Shown: piece after piece, positions 12,626 to 26,139 of the stretch | Layout of the letters: each line of letters starts with the position of its first letter | Numbering within the stretch: the stretch's first letter is position 1 | Assembly: GCF_004010195.1 (NCBI RefSeq) | Contig: NC_057719.1 | Coordinates: forward strand, 33,317,520 to 33,381,519 | Source of the DNA: Chiloscyllium plagiosum | Lineage: Eukaryota | DNA length: 64,000 nt | Direction: 5' to 3' | Notes under the pieces: model-generated | Seen by the model: only the letters and a program-made list of their open reading frames with translations | Told to the model about the DNA's origin: nothing | Database searches by the model: none | Position numbers and translations under genes: made by a program

Positions 12626-14173
12626 AAGTGGAACTGTAGGGATGGCTTTGGTGAGATGTACGTTGTCATCGATGACATGTTGAAGGCTGTAAAGAACATA
12701 ACATAGTTTCTCTGCTCCAGGGAAATACTGAACAACAAAGGGTTCCCCATTGGTCAGGAACCGTGTCTGTCATCAGAGGAGAGTGTTGCTGTTTTTTGTT
12801 GTGGTATGTCAGAACTGGTGATCGATGAGGTGAGCATCATATCCTGTTCTTCTGAGGCCATCTTTCAGCATCTGTATGCGTCTGCTGCATTCCTCCTCAT
12901 CTGAGTAGATCCTGCTATGACACCATCACCTTGAAAAATTGTTATTATCTCGCTACCTCAATTAGTTTGTATAATTTTGGATTACTTGTTACTTCAGTTG
13001 GACCCTTGTCATGTGACTCTTATACCTATCATTTTATTCCAGTCATTTGGTTTTTCTATAGCGTCATCTTATTTTTGATTTTTTTTGTAAATATTAATCA
13101 GTCATCCTTTCATTTCCTATTCAGCTGTTAACACTTGGCTCACACTGTGTGACCCTTTTGATTACCTGCAAGGACTTGTTATTCAGCCCGTTGACACTTT
13201 GCTCACACCATTTATGTTTATCTTCTGACACTCTGAATTACCTGGAATTACCTTGCCATTATCTCTCTGCATATAAATTCTGTGCCTGTGTGCTTCCTTC
13301 CACTTCACCCAATGAAGGAACTACACTCCAAAAGCTTGTGATTTCAAATAAACCTGTTGGACTACAACGTGTGACTTCTGACTTTGTCCACCCCAGTCCA
13401 ATAGCACCATCTGCACATTTTTGTTGATATCTCCTGTCACCATACTAAGCTATTCAGTGTTTCTATTCACCTTGTGTTTTATTCATATTTGTGCCTGTTC
13501 TTTCCTCAGATTTCTTTGTGATCTGCCTGAATGACCCATCCTGAAAACACAACTATAAGGACCTAAGAAATAGGTCACTTGCATGACAGCAGTCAACATG
13601 GACTCCTCAAATAACCTTCCTTTCCTGTTTCATGGCTGCCTGATAATCTGGCTGAAATTTGAAACTTGTCAGATTGGGACCTGAGACATCAGCCATGTCT
13701 CACTAAACTAGTAATTCACAGAAGAATTCAGTGCATCAGATTCATCTCAAACCAAAAATGGTTCTCAACTTTAAAAGCTACTGGTAATTCTCTCAATATT
13801 AAAAATAAATTATCTTGATACAGTTTGACAATGGTCATTTCAACACATGGGATATCAGCCATCCTAACCTTTCTGAATTCATTCTTGAATTGTGAGCTCC
13901 CAAAATGCCATTAGGCAGGGAATTTCAGGATTTTGATCTAATGACACTGAAGGTACAGTCAAGTATCTAAGGATGGCTAGTGACTTGGAAAGGAATTGCG
14001 AGAGGCTGGAGTTCACATGCATCGCTAAGCTTGTATTTCTGGATGGTGGAACTCATGGGTTTGGGATGTGCTGGCTGTAGTTAGAATACAGTGGAGAATA
14101 CAAAAGGTTGAGGACTTGGATGCTTAAGTCAGTCAATGAGGTACCAATTAAATTTATTGTGTTACTTTCAATA

Positions 14174-14284
14174 NNNNNNNNNNNNNNNNNNNNNNNNNNN
14201 NNNNNNNNNNNNNNNNNNNNNNNNNNNNNNNNNNNNNNNNNNNNNNNNNNNNNNNNNNNNNNNNNNNNNNNNNNNNNNNNNNNN
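14174..14284. other. Assembly gap
   Basis: Run of N. Confidence 1.
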
Positions 14285-17189
14285 GCGATTGTTGCAGTGT
14301 TCACTGTTGTTGTTAGTGTCTGCATGGTCTTGCTGATCTCCCAGGCCTCGGGGCCTCCTTTCCTACAGAATATAAGATAGGCAACAGTGGCCAAGTCATA
14401 TGAGTATCTGCCATGTACTTGGTGGGTAGTGTTCCCAAGTGACATGATAGTATCCATGCCGATGATCTAGCATGTCTTGCAGAGGTTGCAGTGGCAGGGA
14501 TGTGTGATGTTGTGGTCACTGTTCTCCTGAAGGCTGGATAGTTTGCTGCAAACCATGGTCTGTTTGATGTGAGGCAGCTGTTTGAAGGAGAGAAAACTCA
14601 GTCACATTAGGGAGATTTAAACAATCCTTGGATAAGCACATTGATGATGATGGGATAATGTTAGGGGTGGGGGGGAGCTTTGATTAGTTCACAGGTCAGC
14701 GCAACATTGAGGGCCGAAGGGCCTGTTTTGCACTGTATTGTTCTATGTTCTATGTTCTAAGTGGAGCTGTAGGGATGGCTTTGGTGAGATGTACGTTGTC
14801 ATCGATGACATGTTGAAGGCTGTAAAGAACATAACATAGTTTCTCTGCTCCAGGGAAATACTGAACAACAAAGGGTTCCCCATTGGTCAGGAACCGTGTC
14901 TGTCATCAGAGGAGAGTGTTGCTGTTTTTTGTTGTGGTATGTCAGAACTGGTGATCGATGAGTTGAGCATCATATCCTGTTCTTCTGAGGCCATCTTTCA
15001 GCATCTGTATGCATCTGCTGCATTCCTCCTCATCTGAGTAGATCCTGCTATGACACCATCACCTTGAAAAATTGTTATTGTCTCGCTATCTCAATTAGTT
15101 TGTACAATTTTGGATTACTTGTTACTTCAGTTAAACCCTTGTCATGTGATTCTTATACCTATCATTTTATTCCAGTCATTTGGTTTTTCTATAGCATCAT
15201 CTTATTTTTGATTTTTTTTGTAATATTAATCGGTCATCCTTTCATTTCCTATTCAGCTGTTAACACTTGACTCATACTGTGTGACCCTTTTGATTACCTG
15301 CAAGGACTTGTTATTCAGCCCATTGACACTTTGCTCACACCATTTATGTTTATCTTCTGACACTCTGAATTACCTGGAATTACCTTGCCATTATCTCTCT
15401 GCATATAAATTCTGTGCCTGTGTGCTTCCTTCCACTTCACCCAATGAAGGAACTACACTCCAAAAGCTTGTGATTTCAAATAAACCTGTTGGACTACAAC
15501 GTGTGACTTCTGACTTTGTCCACCCCAGTCCAATAGCACCATCTGCACATTTTTGTTGATATCTCCTGTCACCATACTAAGCTATTCAGTGTTTCTATTC
15601 ACCTTGTGTTTTATTCATATTTGTGCCTGTTCTTTCCTCAGATTTCTTTGTGATCTGCCTGAATGACCCATCCTGAAAACACAACTATAAGGACCTAAGA
15701 AATAGGTCACTTGCATGACAGCAGTCAACATGGACTCCTCAAATAACCTTCCTTTCCTGTTTCATGGCTGCCTGATAATCTGGCTGAAATTTGAAACTTG
15801 TCAGATTGGGACCTGAGACATCAGCCATGTCTCACTAAACTAGTAATTCACAGAAGAATTCAGTGCATCAGATTCATCTCAAACCAAAAATGGTTCTCAA
15901 CTTTAAAAGCTACTGGTAATTCTCTCAATATTAAAAATAAATTATCTTGATACAGTTTGACAATGGTCATTTCAACACATGGGATATCAGCCATCCTAAC
16001 CTTTCTGAATTCATTCTTGAATTGTGAGCTCCCAAAATGCCATTAGGCAGGGAATTTCAGGATTTTGATCTAATGACACTGAAGGTACAGTCAAATATCT
16101 AAGGATGGCTAGTGACTTGGAAAGGAATTGCGAGAGGCTGGAGTTCACATGCATCGCTAAGCTTGTATTTCTGGATGGTGGAACTCATGGGTTTGGGATG
16201 TGCTGGCTGTAGTTAGAATACAGTGGAGAATACAAAAGGTTGAGGACTTGGATGCTTAAGTCAGTCAATGAGGTACCAATTAAATTTATTGTGTTACTTT
16301 CAATAGTATGGACTTTCTTGAGTGTTGTTATATCTACGTCCATCCAGTTAAGTACAGAGTATTTCATCACACTCCAACTTGGGTTTTGGTGAAGATAGTG
16401 ATGATGATTTGGGGAGTTAGGAAGGAAACAAGTCACACAGGGTGATCTGCCTCAAACTTAGAATATTTATCTAGAATTTTTATCGGTGTAATTCTGGTCA
16501 ATAGTGCTCATCAGGGGTTTGTTGATGAGGGCCCTGATGATAGTCATGGTGTTGAATATCAAAGGGAAGTAGCTAGTATCTCTCTCTAATCTTGAAGATG
16601 ATGATTACCTCACATTTATATGTCATGAACATTACTTCCCATTTTGATCAGAGAATCTTAAACACAAAAGGTTGGTTTGCCATCTCTGTGTTAGCTGTAT
16701 AGACTCAAATCCCAGCTTTTTCACAGAACTCTGCAACATTGTCCTTTTCAAGAACATGCCCAAGTCCTTTTTATAAATTCCTCTGGAATCTGATTGCAAT
16801 GCTGTTTCAGGTACTGCTCCATATTTTAACATCTTGTGGAAGAAATGTCCCCTCATTTCCCCTCCATACTTCTATTATGTTTACACCCTTTGATTACTAA
16901 TCCATTTGCCAGATGAAATCGGTTCCATCTCTGTGCTTCATTAGAATCCCTCATAATTTTGAATCCATTAGTTAGTCTTCCCTAAACATTCTGGTTCTAA
17001 AGCTGAAAAATTCTAGCTATTCCTATTTCTGGACATAAACTCCGTCATTCTTGGTAAAATCGTAATTAACCTTGTCTGCGTCATGTCCCAGGCCTTGATG
17101 CCCTTTGGTACACAGAATTGTAAACAATATCCCAGTTGATGGTTAAGCACAGATTTGTAAATATTGAGCGTCATTTCCTTTGTTTTAAA

Positions 17190-17530
17190 TTTATTGGGAG
17201 ATGTAGGTTTCGCTTACTGAGCCAGTGTCTATTGCCCATCATAAGTGCCCTTAAGAAGGTTAGCTGCTTTCTGAATTGCTGCAGTTCATTTGCTGTAGAT
17301 ACGTTCACAATGCCATTAGGGAGGAAGATCCATGATATTGACCCATCAGCACGAAAAGAACAGTAATTTATCTACAAGGTAAGATTGTGAATGGCTTGGA
17401 GGGGAACACATGGTGGTGTTCCTATGTAACCACTGCCCTTGTCCTTCTGTGTCCTAATGGTCACAGTTTTGAAAGATGCTTATAATGAATCTTGGTGAAT
17501 TCCTGTGGTGCATCTTTTGTGTTGAACACT
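17190..17530 (-). mobile_element. Old LINE 3' fragment
   Basis: Reverse complement resembles the SINE tail at 19205-19255 and the LINE fragments near 16000-16200 and 62350-62480. Confidence 0.45.
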
Positions 17531-18899
17531 CACATTTAGCCTCATTTATGCTTTGAATATTGAACCTGTGAAACATATCTATTTCAGTCTCATCTTATTT
17601 GCTGACTGCTGAACCTTTACAGCATGTTTGTGGAGCGGTTATTCAATGCTCTTTGCTCTCACTTGTTGAGTGTTTCCTGGCTGGGACTTCCATCTTTCCA
17701 TTTGATGACTGCTTGTTATTTGTGTTAACAACAAAAATTCCTACTGTTCTCCAAACGTAAGGTGTTTTGAAGGATACCATTGGGTGGCTGATCATGGTTA
17801 GATAAAACAGGGGAGCAATGGAATGAGGACTGGCGGAAGCAAATCAGAAGAAAGACAAATTATGATCCAAGAGGAGGGACTGTAGATGGTTCTTAAGGAA
17901 AGGATAATGACGCTGAGGGAAGATGTTCAGTCATGTTGCAGGGTGGTTGCAGGACCAAGCATGAATGGTGAAGTGAAGTAGAGAGAATGAAATTATCTTA
18001 ATGGTGAGGGAGGAAAGGAGGATGTATATTTTGACAAGAATCTCAGTACAGCTTTGGGAGAAAAAGATTTACAGATGAGAAATGGATTTCTAAGGCAACA
18101 GGAGAAGGGTGAAAGGCAGAAATATCCTTGAAAGAGGAAATGGAATAAAGGGAGAGATTTGATGATGAAAGACACACTGCTGTCACTGGCATTTTGATCA
18201 GAGCAGATAGAACAAAGTATAGCCAAACCGGGAGCTTTCAGTGAGGAGGCACAGTCACTCACCGGGGAGAAAGTAAATTAAATTATCTGTTCTTTTCTTC
18301 TGCCCTTAATAGTGCTGAACCTAAATTTAGTTCTTATTTTTATTCATTTTATCTCTGAAGTTATGTTGTGCATTTATCCCAAAATCCTCTACTTGACCGG
18401 TTTTTAAACGATTCACAACAACTCTCTTTATTGTTAATTGGTTGTGTGTGTGTGTGTATGTGTGTGTGCGTATTGTGAACCATACACCAGGGTATATGGT
18501 TGACAATACACACGCACACACACATAGATTCACAACCACACATACAGACACAAACAACCACACAACCACACACACAAATCATGCATGGGAAGAAAGAGAG
18601 AGAAACAATGGTAAAGAAGAAAAAGAGAAAAGGTTATGACATTAATTAATTAATTGACATAAATTTAAGTCCAGTAAGTCCTTGCCTAATTACCATGCAC
18701 AGAGGATAGTGGTGTAATGGTAATATTACTGGACTAGCAATACAATCAAATTTCTGGAGACACAGGTTTGATTCCCAACATGGCAGTTGGTGAAAGTTGG
18801 ATTCAACTAAAAAAAATCTAGAATTTAAAATAAGGCTAATGGCAATTACTGTTTAAAAAGACACTCACCCAGTTCACTAATGGCCTTTAGCAATGGAAG

Positions 18900-19108
18900 G
18901 AGGAGAAAGTGAGGACTGCGGATGCTGGAGACCAGAGTTGAAAAGTGTGGTGCTGGAAAAACACAGCAGGCCAGGCAGCATCCGAGGAGCAGGAGAATCG
19001 ACATTTCAGGCATTAGCCCTGAACTCCTGAAGAAGGGCTTATGCCCGAAACGTCAATTCTCCTGCTCCTCGGATGTTGCTTGGCCTACTGTGTTTTTCCA
19101 GCACCACA
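18900..19108 (-). mobile_element. Short fold-back PLE-derived insertion (family 1)
   Basis: 15-bp perfect TSD ctttagcaatggaag (18885-18899, 19109-19123); about 80-bp inverted arms. Confidence 0.9.
19023..19058 (+). ncRNA. Minimal hammerhead motif
   Basis: CUGAAGA-A-GGGC(UUAU)GCCC-GAAA-CGUC; helix I degenerate. Confidence 0.7.
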
Positions 19109-19849
19109 CTTTAGCAATGGAAGTCTGCCGTTCTTATCTGATCTAGCCTATGTATTACTCTGGACTCACAACAAGGTGGTTGACTCCTAACTGCCTGCTG
19201 GGTAATTAAGGATGGATAATAAATGCTGATGTCGCCAATGGTGCCCACATCCCACAACAAATATTTTTAAAAAGTGAATTCTTGCAGTTGGCTGATCTGG
19301 TAGAACATTTTTTGTACAAACTCAGATATAGGTGGATTCCTCTCAAGGCCCAGGAATATATTTCTTGTAGGATGGGAAATTATTTCACTTTTCAGGTGAA
19401 ATAGAGCAATGAAATTTCAAGGGAGATTGAGACTTTTTGACGCAGGCCTAGCTGAGTTTGGAATTGTTTTTCTTGTTTTCTGACTGGGTATAGAAAGGAA
19501 AGTAAAAGAGAAGTCAAAATGGCCTTTGATGTATCTTATTAAAAAAAAACTGTGTTTTGTAGCAGTTAACTGTGGGGCCATTGGTATTATCTCAGACATA
19601 AAGAGTTTTGATAGCTCCCCCTTTCATTTAGAATTGGCTGGTGTTGACGTTTTGTCTGCCATTAATTTGTATTGGTTTGACTGGAATATGTATACAATAC
19701 CAACAGTATGGCATGCCAGGAGAACAATACAAGTTTTTGTCCCATTCTTACTACTGATCAGATGGAATTTAAAATAAAGGAGAAAGGTATTCTTATGACA
19801 GAAATAAGGAAAAAAAAAACACACACAAGTGAGAACCAAGATGAATGCA

Positions 19850-20050
19850 GAAGGTTTAGAAAGGATATGAAAAAGTGTATTCAAGAAGCAAGGCAAGAAC
19901 AGTTTATGAGAAAGGTCTCGCGGCTAACATTAAGGGGAATCCCAAATTCTTCTACAAGCACAGCAATAGTAAAAAAGATGTGAAAAGGCTGATTAGGGAC
20001 CAACAACAGATTTACTTATATAAGCAAGAGATATGGCTGAATTTTGGGAA
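19850..20050 (+). mobile_element. CR1 internal fragment
   Basis: LAANIKGNPKFFYK, typical of the CR1 ORF2 tether region. Confidence 0.6.
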
Positions 20051-21316
20051 ATGTTAAATGATATAATGTGGGTAACTATGTTATACTGAGTATAGAAATA
20101 GTTGTTATTTATTTATTAATGAATAAATATTTTAGAGAGGGCTAATCATTCACAAAATAAATCAACTTGCTTAAAACCACAACATTCTGTTTAATTGTTT
20201 GAGTCTTCCTCTGATTGGTTCTAATCCAATCTCTTTAATTAAACATTTATTTATACAAAGCAATTTGATCTTGCTTATAAAACTGATTCCTGTGTATTTA
20301 TTTGCATGAGCTTCTCTTTATTTAAACAATTTTGCTGTATTTATGCAGCAATTTATCTGCTCTTTCCTCAAAACATAGAATATATTAGATGGCATGGTGT
20401 ATCCACATGCTCATTAAAATGAGCATGTTTGCACTAAATTAGTTTCAACATATAAAGGGTCATAAAGAATTTAATTGCTTCAGGATTTGCCATGCAGTGA
20501 AAGAAAAGATAGGTGTTTGATTTAAGATGCTGCCAGACTCCAGACTTGCTAGGACCTTTGTCACTGAATCAGAGTTTATGGGTTCATAGTCCCACTATGA
20601 GCAGGTGATCTATGCTGGTTCTTCAGGTCAGTAGACAGGGAGTGGAGCTCTGTTGGGATGCCTTCTTATTGGATGAGACATTGAACTGTCAAGGCTTTCT
20701 CAACATCTCAAAATGGGAATTTAATTCTTCCAACGCAGTCATTGAGCATGTAATTGGATAATTTCATTACATGCATATTCCAAGTGCATTCAAAGACAGA
20801 AAAGGTTAAAAAAAATCGTCACGTATCCAACTTAGTTCTTGAAAGATTGAATCAAATAAAGTCAGCTTCACTGGACTCTTGCACCAAGATGACCAGCGTT
20901 GAACATCATCATCACCAGGACAATGTCAATAACAATGATGCCAAAATATATGGCCTCATGGAATAAAACTCAGGAGTCTTCATTGCCTGACAGAACAACC
21001 AAGATCACAACCTTAAAGAGAACATTCCAGCAGCCTAATGCTGACTCAAAGAGGCAAGTTCAAAAGACAGCAATGGAAAGAGAAAACCCAAGAGACCTAA
21101 CAATATGCTGACCACCAGAACATACAAAGCTTTATTTGAAGCCACCAGGGCTATCAATTGACTAAGGTCAAATTGACAAAATTCTCTTCATTTATAGCAT
21201 GGTGATTCTCTTCTTAATGACAACAATGTCATCTGTCAATGCTGGACAAATATTTTGAATAACTCACCATTTATGAATCCATCATCGCCAGTGATAAAAC
21301 TTGCCAGACTACTAAT

Positions 21317-22786
21317 AGAACATAGAACATTACAGCGCAGTACAGGCCCTTTGGCCCTCAATGTTGCACCAAACTGTCATACCAATCTGAAGCCCATCTA
21401 ACCTACACTATTCCATGTACGTCCATATGCTTGTCCAATGGCGACTTAAATGTATTTAAAGTTGGCAAATCTACTACCGTTGCAGGCAAAGCATTCCATA
21501 CCCTTACTACTCTCTGAGTAAAGAAACTAACTCTGACATCTGTCCTATATCTATCACCCCTCAATTTAAAGCTATGCCCCTTCGTGTTCGCCGTCACCAT
21601 ACTTAAAAAAAGGCTTTCCCTGTCCACCCTATATAACCCTCTGATTATCTTATATGTCTCTATTAAGTCACCTTTCAACCTCCTTCTCTCCAACGAAAAC
21701 AGCCTCAAGTCCCTCAGTCTTTCCTCGTAAGACCTTCCCTCCATACCAGGCAACATCCTAGTAAATCTCCTCTGCACCCTTTCCAAAGCTTCCACATCCT
21801 TCTTATAATGCAGTGACCAAAACTGTACACAATACTCCAAGTGCGGCCGCACCAGAGTTTTATACAGTTGCAGCATAACCTCATGGTTCTGGAACTCGAT
21901 CCCTCTATTAATAAAAGCTAAAACACTGTATGCTTTCTTAACAACTCTGTCAATCTGGGTGGCAACTTTCAAGGATCTGTGTACCTGGACACCGAGATCT
22001 CTCTGCTCATCTACACAACCAAGAATCTTACCATTAGCCCAGTACTTTGCATTCTGGTTACTCCGACCAAAGTGAATCACCTCACACTTGTCCGCATTAA
22101 ACTCCATTTGCCACCTCTCAGCCCAGCTCTGCAGCTTATCTATGTCTCTCTGTAACCTACAACATCCGTCGTCACTATCCACAACTCCACCGACCTTAGT
22201 GTCATCTGCAAATTTACTAACCCACCCTTCTACGCCCTCATCCAGGTCGTTTATAAAAATGACGAACAGCAGTGGACCCAACACCGACCCTTGCAGTACA
22301 CCACTAGTAACTGGACTCCAGGATGAACATTTCCACTCTCTGTCTTCTTTCAGCAAGCTAATTACTGATCCAAACTGCTATATCCCATTCCTCCGCATTT
22401 TGTACAATAGCCTACTGTGGGGAACCTTATCGAATGCCTTGCTGAAATCCATATACACACATCAACCGGTTACTCTCATCTATCTATTTGGTCACCTTCT
22501 CAAAGAACTCAATAATGTTTGTGAGGCATGACCTACCCTTCACAAAACCGTGCTGACTACCCCGAATCAAATTATTCTTTTCTAGATGATTATAAATCCT
22601 ATCTCTTATAACCTTTTCCAACATTTTACCAACAACTGAAGTAAGGCTCACTGGTCTACAATTACTAGGGTTGTCTCTATTCTCCTTCTTGAACAGGGGA
22701 ACCACATTTGCTATCCTTCAGTCTTCTGGCACTATTCCTGTAGACAATGACGATGTAAAGATCAATGTCAAAGGCTCGGCAATCTC
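21317..22786 (-). mobile_element. 5'-truncated young CR1 LINE
   Basis: 317-aa open RT C-terminal frame ([30 protein letters not shown]); 3' (TTCTATG)n tail. Confidence 0.95.
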
Positions 22787-22869
22787 AAAGTAGAATCCAC
22801 GAGTGTACCACCATCAGATGGAAGAATTGCAACAAGCAATCAAATGGATGAAAAACAAATTGCACAATA

Positions 22870-23255
22870 GAAGCAGAAGTATCTCAATTGGTTCTTCAGT
22901 CCTGCTCTGCCATTCAATAAGATCATGGCTGATTGGATTTTTGCACATTCCTATTTATCCCTGATAAATTTGCATCCACTTTTTTTTAAATTAAGAATCT
23001 ACCTCAGCCTTAAAAATATTTAAAGAATCTGCTTCCATTGTCTTTTGACCAAGAGAGTTCCAAAGACCAATGGCCATCTGTAAAAAAAAAAACAATCTTT
23101 ATGATACAAGCTGTTATTAATGATTTTGAAGTCGTGACCCCTTATTTTTGAGTCTCCCAAAAGAAGAATTAGCCTTTCAACATTCACCCTGTCAGGATGC
23201 TTCAGAATTTTATATACTTCAACCAATTCATCTTTTACTCTTCTAAACTGCATCA
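22870..23255 (-). mobile_element. Old CR1 3' fragment
   Basis: RRVKDELVEVYKILK...RGHDFKI. Confidence 0.7.
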
Positions 23256-25027
23256 ACAAATAAGAGCACTAGAGAAATTCCACCAAGTCACCTGGATTCA
23301 ATGAGAGGACCATCAAACAAATGCTGGTGCCCGTCTTGAACTGCGCTCCATAAGCATTCAGGCAGAAATGCTAAATTAACGTAGGTGGACTGGACACTGT
23401 GTCCAGATGGCTGACAACCAAGATCCCCACCAGTTCGTGTTTTCTCAAATCTCAATTAACCAATATTCAGACAGAGGACAAAGAGAACATTTCAGAAACA
23501 TTCTGAAACTAACATTGAAACACAGCAGCATTCACATTGAGAGCTTACCAAGTGTTCAGAACAGCAGCAAGTTCTTCATCAAGCTGCATCACGCTCAGGA
23601 TCCCAGTGTCTTAATGATCAGACTGAACCATGGCAGACAAGGAAAGAAAAGGAGGCAAATCCATCTGTCTGAATCCTATTACCTCATGGGCCAACCTGCT
23701 CCACATTTGTATAGGTCATACGTTGTGAATCAGCCTATTCAAATCACATAAAGGCCATGGCAAAAACTTGCAATCCTGAATAAATGTCATACTCAAAGCA
23801 AGGACAGCCACTGATGACAAGATTAAGAAACCTATCTTTTTCCCAGGAGAATACAAAATAGTCCCATGGCATTACTTCAAAGAATACTGAGGTTCTTAAG
23901 TTTCCTGTATAATATTTATTATCAATCAACTTTATTTAAAAACAAAGATTGTTAAGACATTGCAGCTGTGGGACCTTGCTGTGTGAAATTAACTGCTGCA
24001 TCTCTTATTTACCAACAGTGATTACACTTCAAAAAATATTTGATGTGCTTTGGGATGCCCAAAGGTCATGAGAAACATTATATAAATGCAAGTCAAAGCC
24101 TTCATTGTTTTCACCAAATCAGTGCTCATTATAGGTCTTGTGGTATCATGGTGATGTCCTTATCTCTGGGCTAGAAGATCCATCTGCTCCAAAGGTTGAT
24201 TAAACATATCTATAAATATATGTCCTTTCTTTCTTAATATTTATACACTATACTTCATTGTTCCTTACATTAAATGTCATAAAGCTCTAATGAAATGTGC
24301 TACAACCAATGCATGGATTAAAATACAGCAATTCTTTTCATTTAAAACCCAGATGCTCCAAATAAACATTCAGTTCTCAAAATCAGAGGGTTTGTACCAA
24401 AATATGCACATTTACAGACCAGTATATTCTCCAGAGTAACAACTTTTAGATATGACTCTGGAATAGAAGACAGACTGTTAAGGCAGTCGCTCCTTAATTA
24501 GTTAAAATCTCCCTCTTTCAATAAAGGAGATCATGCTTCCAGGCAAGAGTACAATGACCTTTCACAATACCACTTCCAAATTCTAATAGCATTGTAGGTA
24601 TTTATGGCCCATCTATGCATTAATGGCTGTCTCTGTCAATTTGTGTGTGAAATATATAATCTATTAATAATTCATAACACATTTTTAAATCATTTATTAG
24701 TACAAGGAACGTAAACACACGCCAGAACAATTTACATAAGACTGCTAAACAGGACTTTGGATACAGATTTAATGTTATTTATAATGGTTGACAGATATAC
24801 CTGTTAAATTCTGAACCTGGGTTTTATTAGAATGATAGTGGTCTTATCCAGCAGTTGGATAGCAAGTAGATATACCCTATCAACAGTGCGAGGAGGCCTG
24901 ATGGAATTAAATGCCTTGCAAGCACTTATTTGGCAATTGTTAAGCTTTCCCTGTGAATTGGGCTGCCAGCAATGAAAGTCTGAAAAACTGCAGGTTAGGG
25001 CAGGGGGTTATCTTTTAGCTGCCATTC

Positions 25028-25223
25028 AAATGTGTTGCTGGAAAAGTGCAGCAGGTCAGGCAGCATCTAGGGAACAGGAGAATCGACGTTTCGGGCATTA
25101 GCCCTTCTTCAGGAAGAAGGCCCCTCTCCTGTTCCCTAGATGCTGCCTGACCTGCTGCGCTTTTCCAGCAACACATTTCCATCTCTGATCTCCAGCATCT
25201 GCAGACCTCACTTTCTCCTCAAA
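25028..25223 (+). mobile_element. Short fold-back PLE-derived insertion (family 1)
   Basis: 22-bp perfect TSD ggttatcttttagctgccattc (25006-25027, 25224-25245); inverted arms. Confidence 0.9.
25081..25115 (-). ncRNA. Minimal hammerhead motif
   Basis: Reverse complement UUC-CUGAAGA-A-GGGC(UAAU)GCCC-GAAA-CGUC-GAUU. Confidence 0.75.
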
Positions 25224-26139
25224 GGTTATCTTTTAGCTGCCATTCTCTTGCCTGAAACCAGGTCTCTGAATTGGCCACAGAGTGTCTGTTGGCAATTGAC
25301 CCCTTTTCTACTCTGTCCGTTCCCTCAAATCTCTCACCACCTACCATCCACCTAGGAGGTTAAGAATAAACCTGATGTGTTTAGCTGGACAGATTTCTGA
25401 GGCAACTGGAGGCCTGTGCTGCCTTCCTTTAGTCTCTCAGTCTTGAGGAAATTGTGGTGGGCTCAAGAATAATGGACTTTAATTAGACTCATTAATGAGC
25501 CTAATCACCATCTTGTTGCTGATGGCTTGGAATCCCCTGCCAGCTCCTTCCCCTCTCTGACCTAATCTAGACAGGCTTTATCATTGACACGATGCAAGGC
25601 CTAGACTACAATTATTGGGCCTGTTTGCCATGGTTTCCATTGTACAGGGCTGCATAAAACCCAGACCATGCAGTGGACTGGGGAATCTTTACTGAGCATT
25701 TAGAATTCTTGACCAACCTTCTGGCATGCGGATGAAAAATCTATTTTGGAAAGATACATTATATTTTTATTTCAACATCTGCCCAAGGGGAGAGCTGTAA
25801 TGCTGTAAAACAGTACTTCAGTGATGTGATTTCTGCTCTACCAACCCACAGCAGGCTCCATAACAACGTCTGAAATCCTCCAGTACATGCAAAATGAGAA
25901 TTTACAAAGAACATCAAAACATGGAAAATCTTGGAAATTTTTAATCAAGTCTTTCTACATGATATCTATGATGAAAGATGAATAATTCTTGATCATTGCT
26001 AATTGTTTTAAACTAGCCAAGACCTCATGGACTATGCCCGGAGAAAGCAAAATATGGGATACATCAAGGAATAAAGGCAATCACAGATATTTGGATGGAT
26101 TAGTCGGTAGGGATGCCAGTAATAGGCTGTGAAATAAAA

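Larger units (their letters stand above)
11441..13425 (-). mobile_element. Penelope-like retroelement remnant (family 2) with long inverted terminal repeat
   Basis: C-terminal endonuclease-like residues VSEHFSGQEHS...KLITKFGTHENGLNHDLGF; arms about 11441-11906 and 12918-13382 are reverse complements. Confidence 0.8.
12158..16305 (+). repeat. About 2.0-kb direct duplication (12158-14173 vs 14285-16305) across an N gap
   Basis: Near-identical copies abutting 111 Ns on either side. Confidence 0.95.
18703..19258 (+). mobile_element. tRNA-head SINE with LINE-like tail, interrupted at 18900-19108
   Basis: A-box-like tggtgtaatgg, B-box-like ggtttgattcc, tail aataaatgctg...cccacatccc; homologous to 44246 and 59689. 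Confidence 0.75.
20745..23825 (+). mobile_element. Highly degenerate RTE-clade LINE remnant, interrupted by two CR1 pieces
   Basis: WTGHCVQMADNQDP...RGQREHFRNILKLTLK resembles the RTE/BovB C-terminus; EELQQAIKWMKNK near 22820. Confidence 0.55.
20545..24094 (+). mobile_element. Deu-domain SINE (SacSINE1/AmnSINE1-like), split into about 20545-20720 and 23835-24094
   Basis: 5' piece has ggatgagacattgaac; 3' piece has tcccatggcattacttc...tgtgggaccttgctgtgtgaaatt...tatataaatgcaagtc, recalled as Deu-SINE consensus segments. Confidence 0.6.

Noticed and set aside
14053..14457. ORFs spanning the N run
   Set aside because: Artefacts of translating through the assembly gap.
18327..18639. C/V- and T/H-rich ORFs
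   Set aside because: Translations of TG/CA microsatellites.
18900..19108. Fold-back elements as classical MITEs
   Set aside because: Asymmetric arms, variable 8-22 bp TSDs and identity with PLE termini argue for retrotransposition.
21403..22356. 317-aa ORF as a functional gene
   Set aside because: It is the RT C-terminal part of a 5'-truncated CR1 with upstream deletions and frameshifts.
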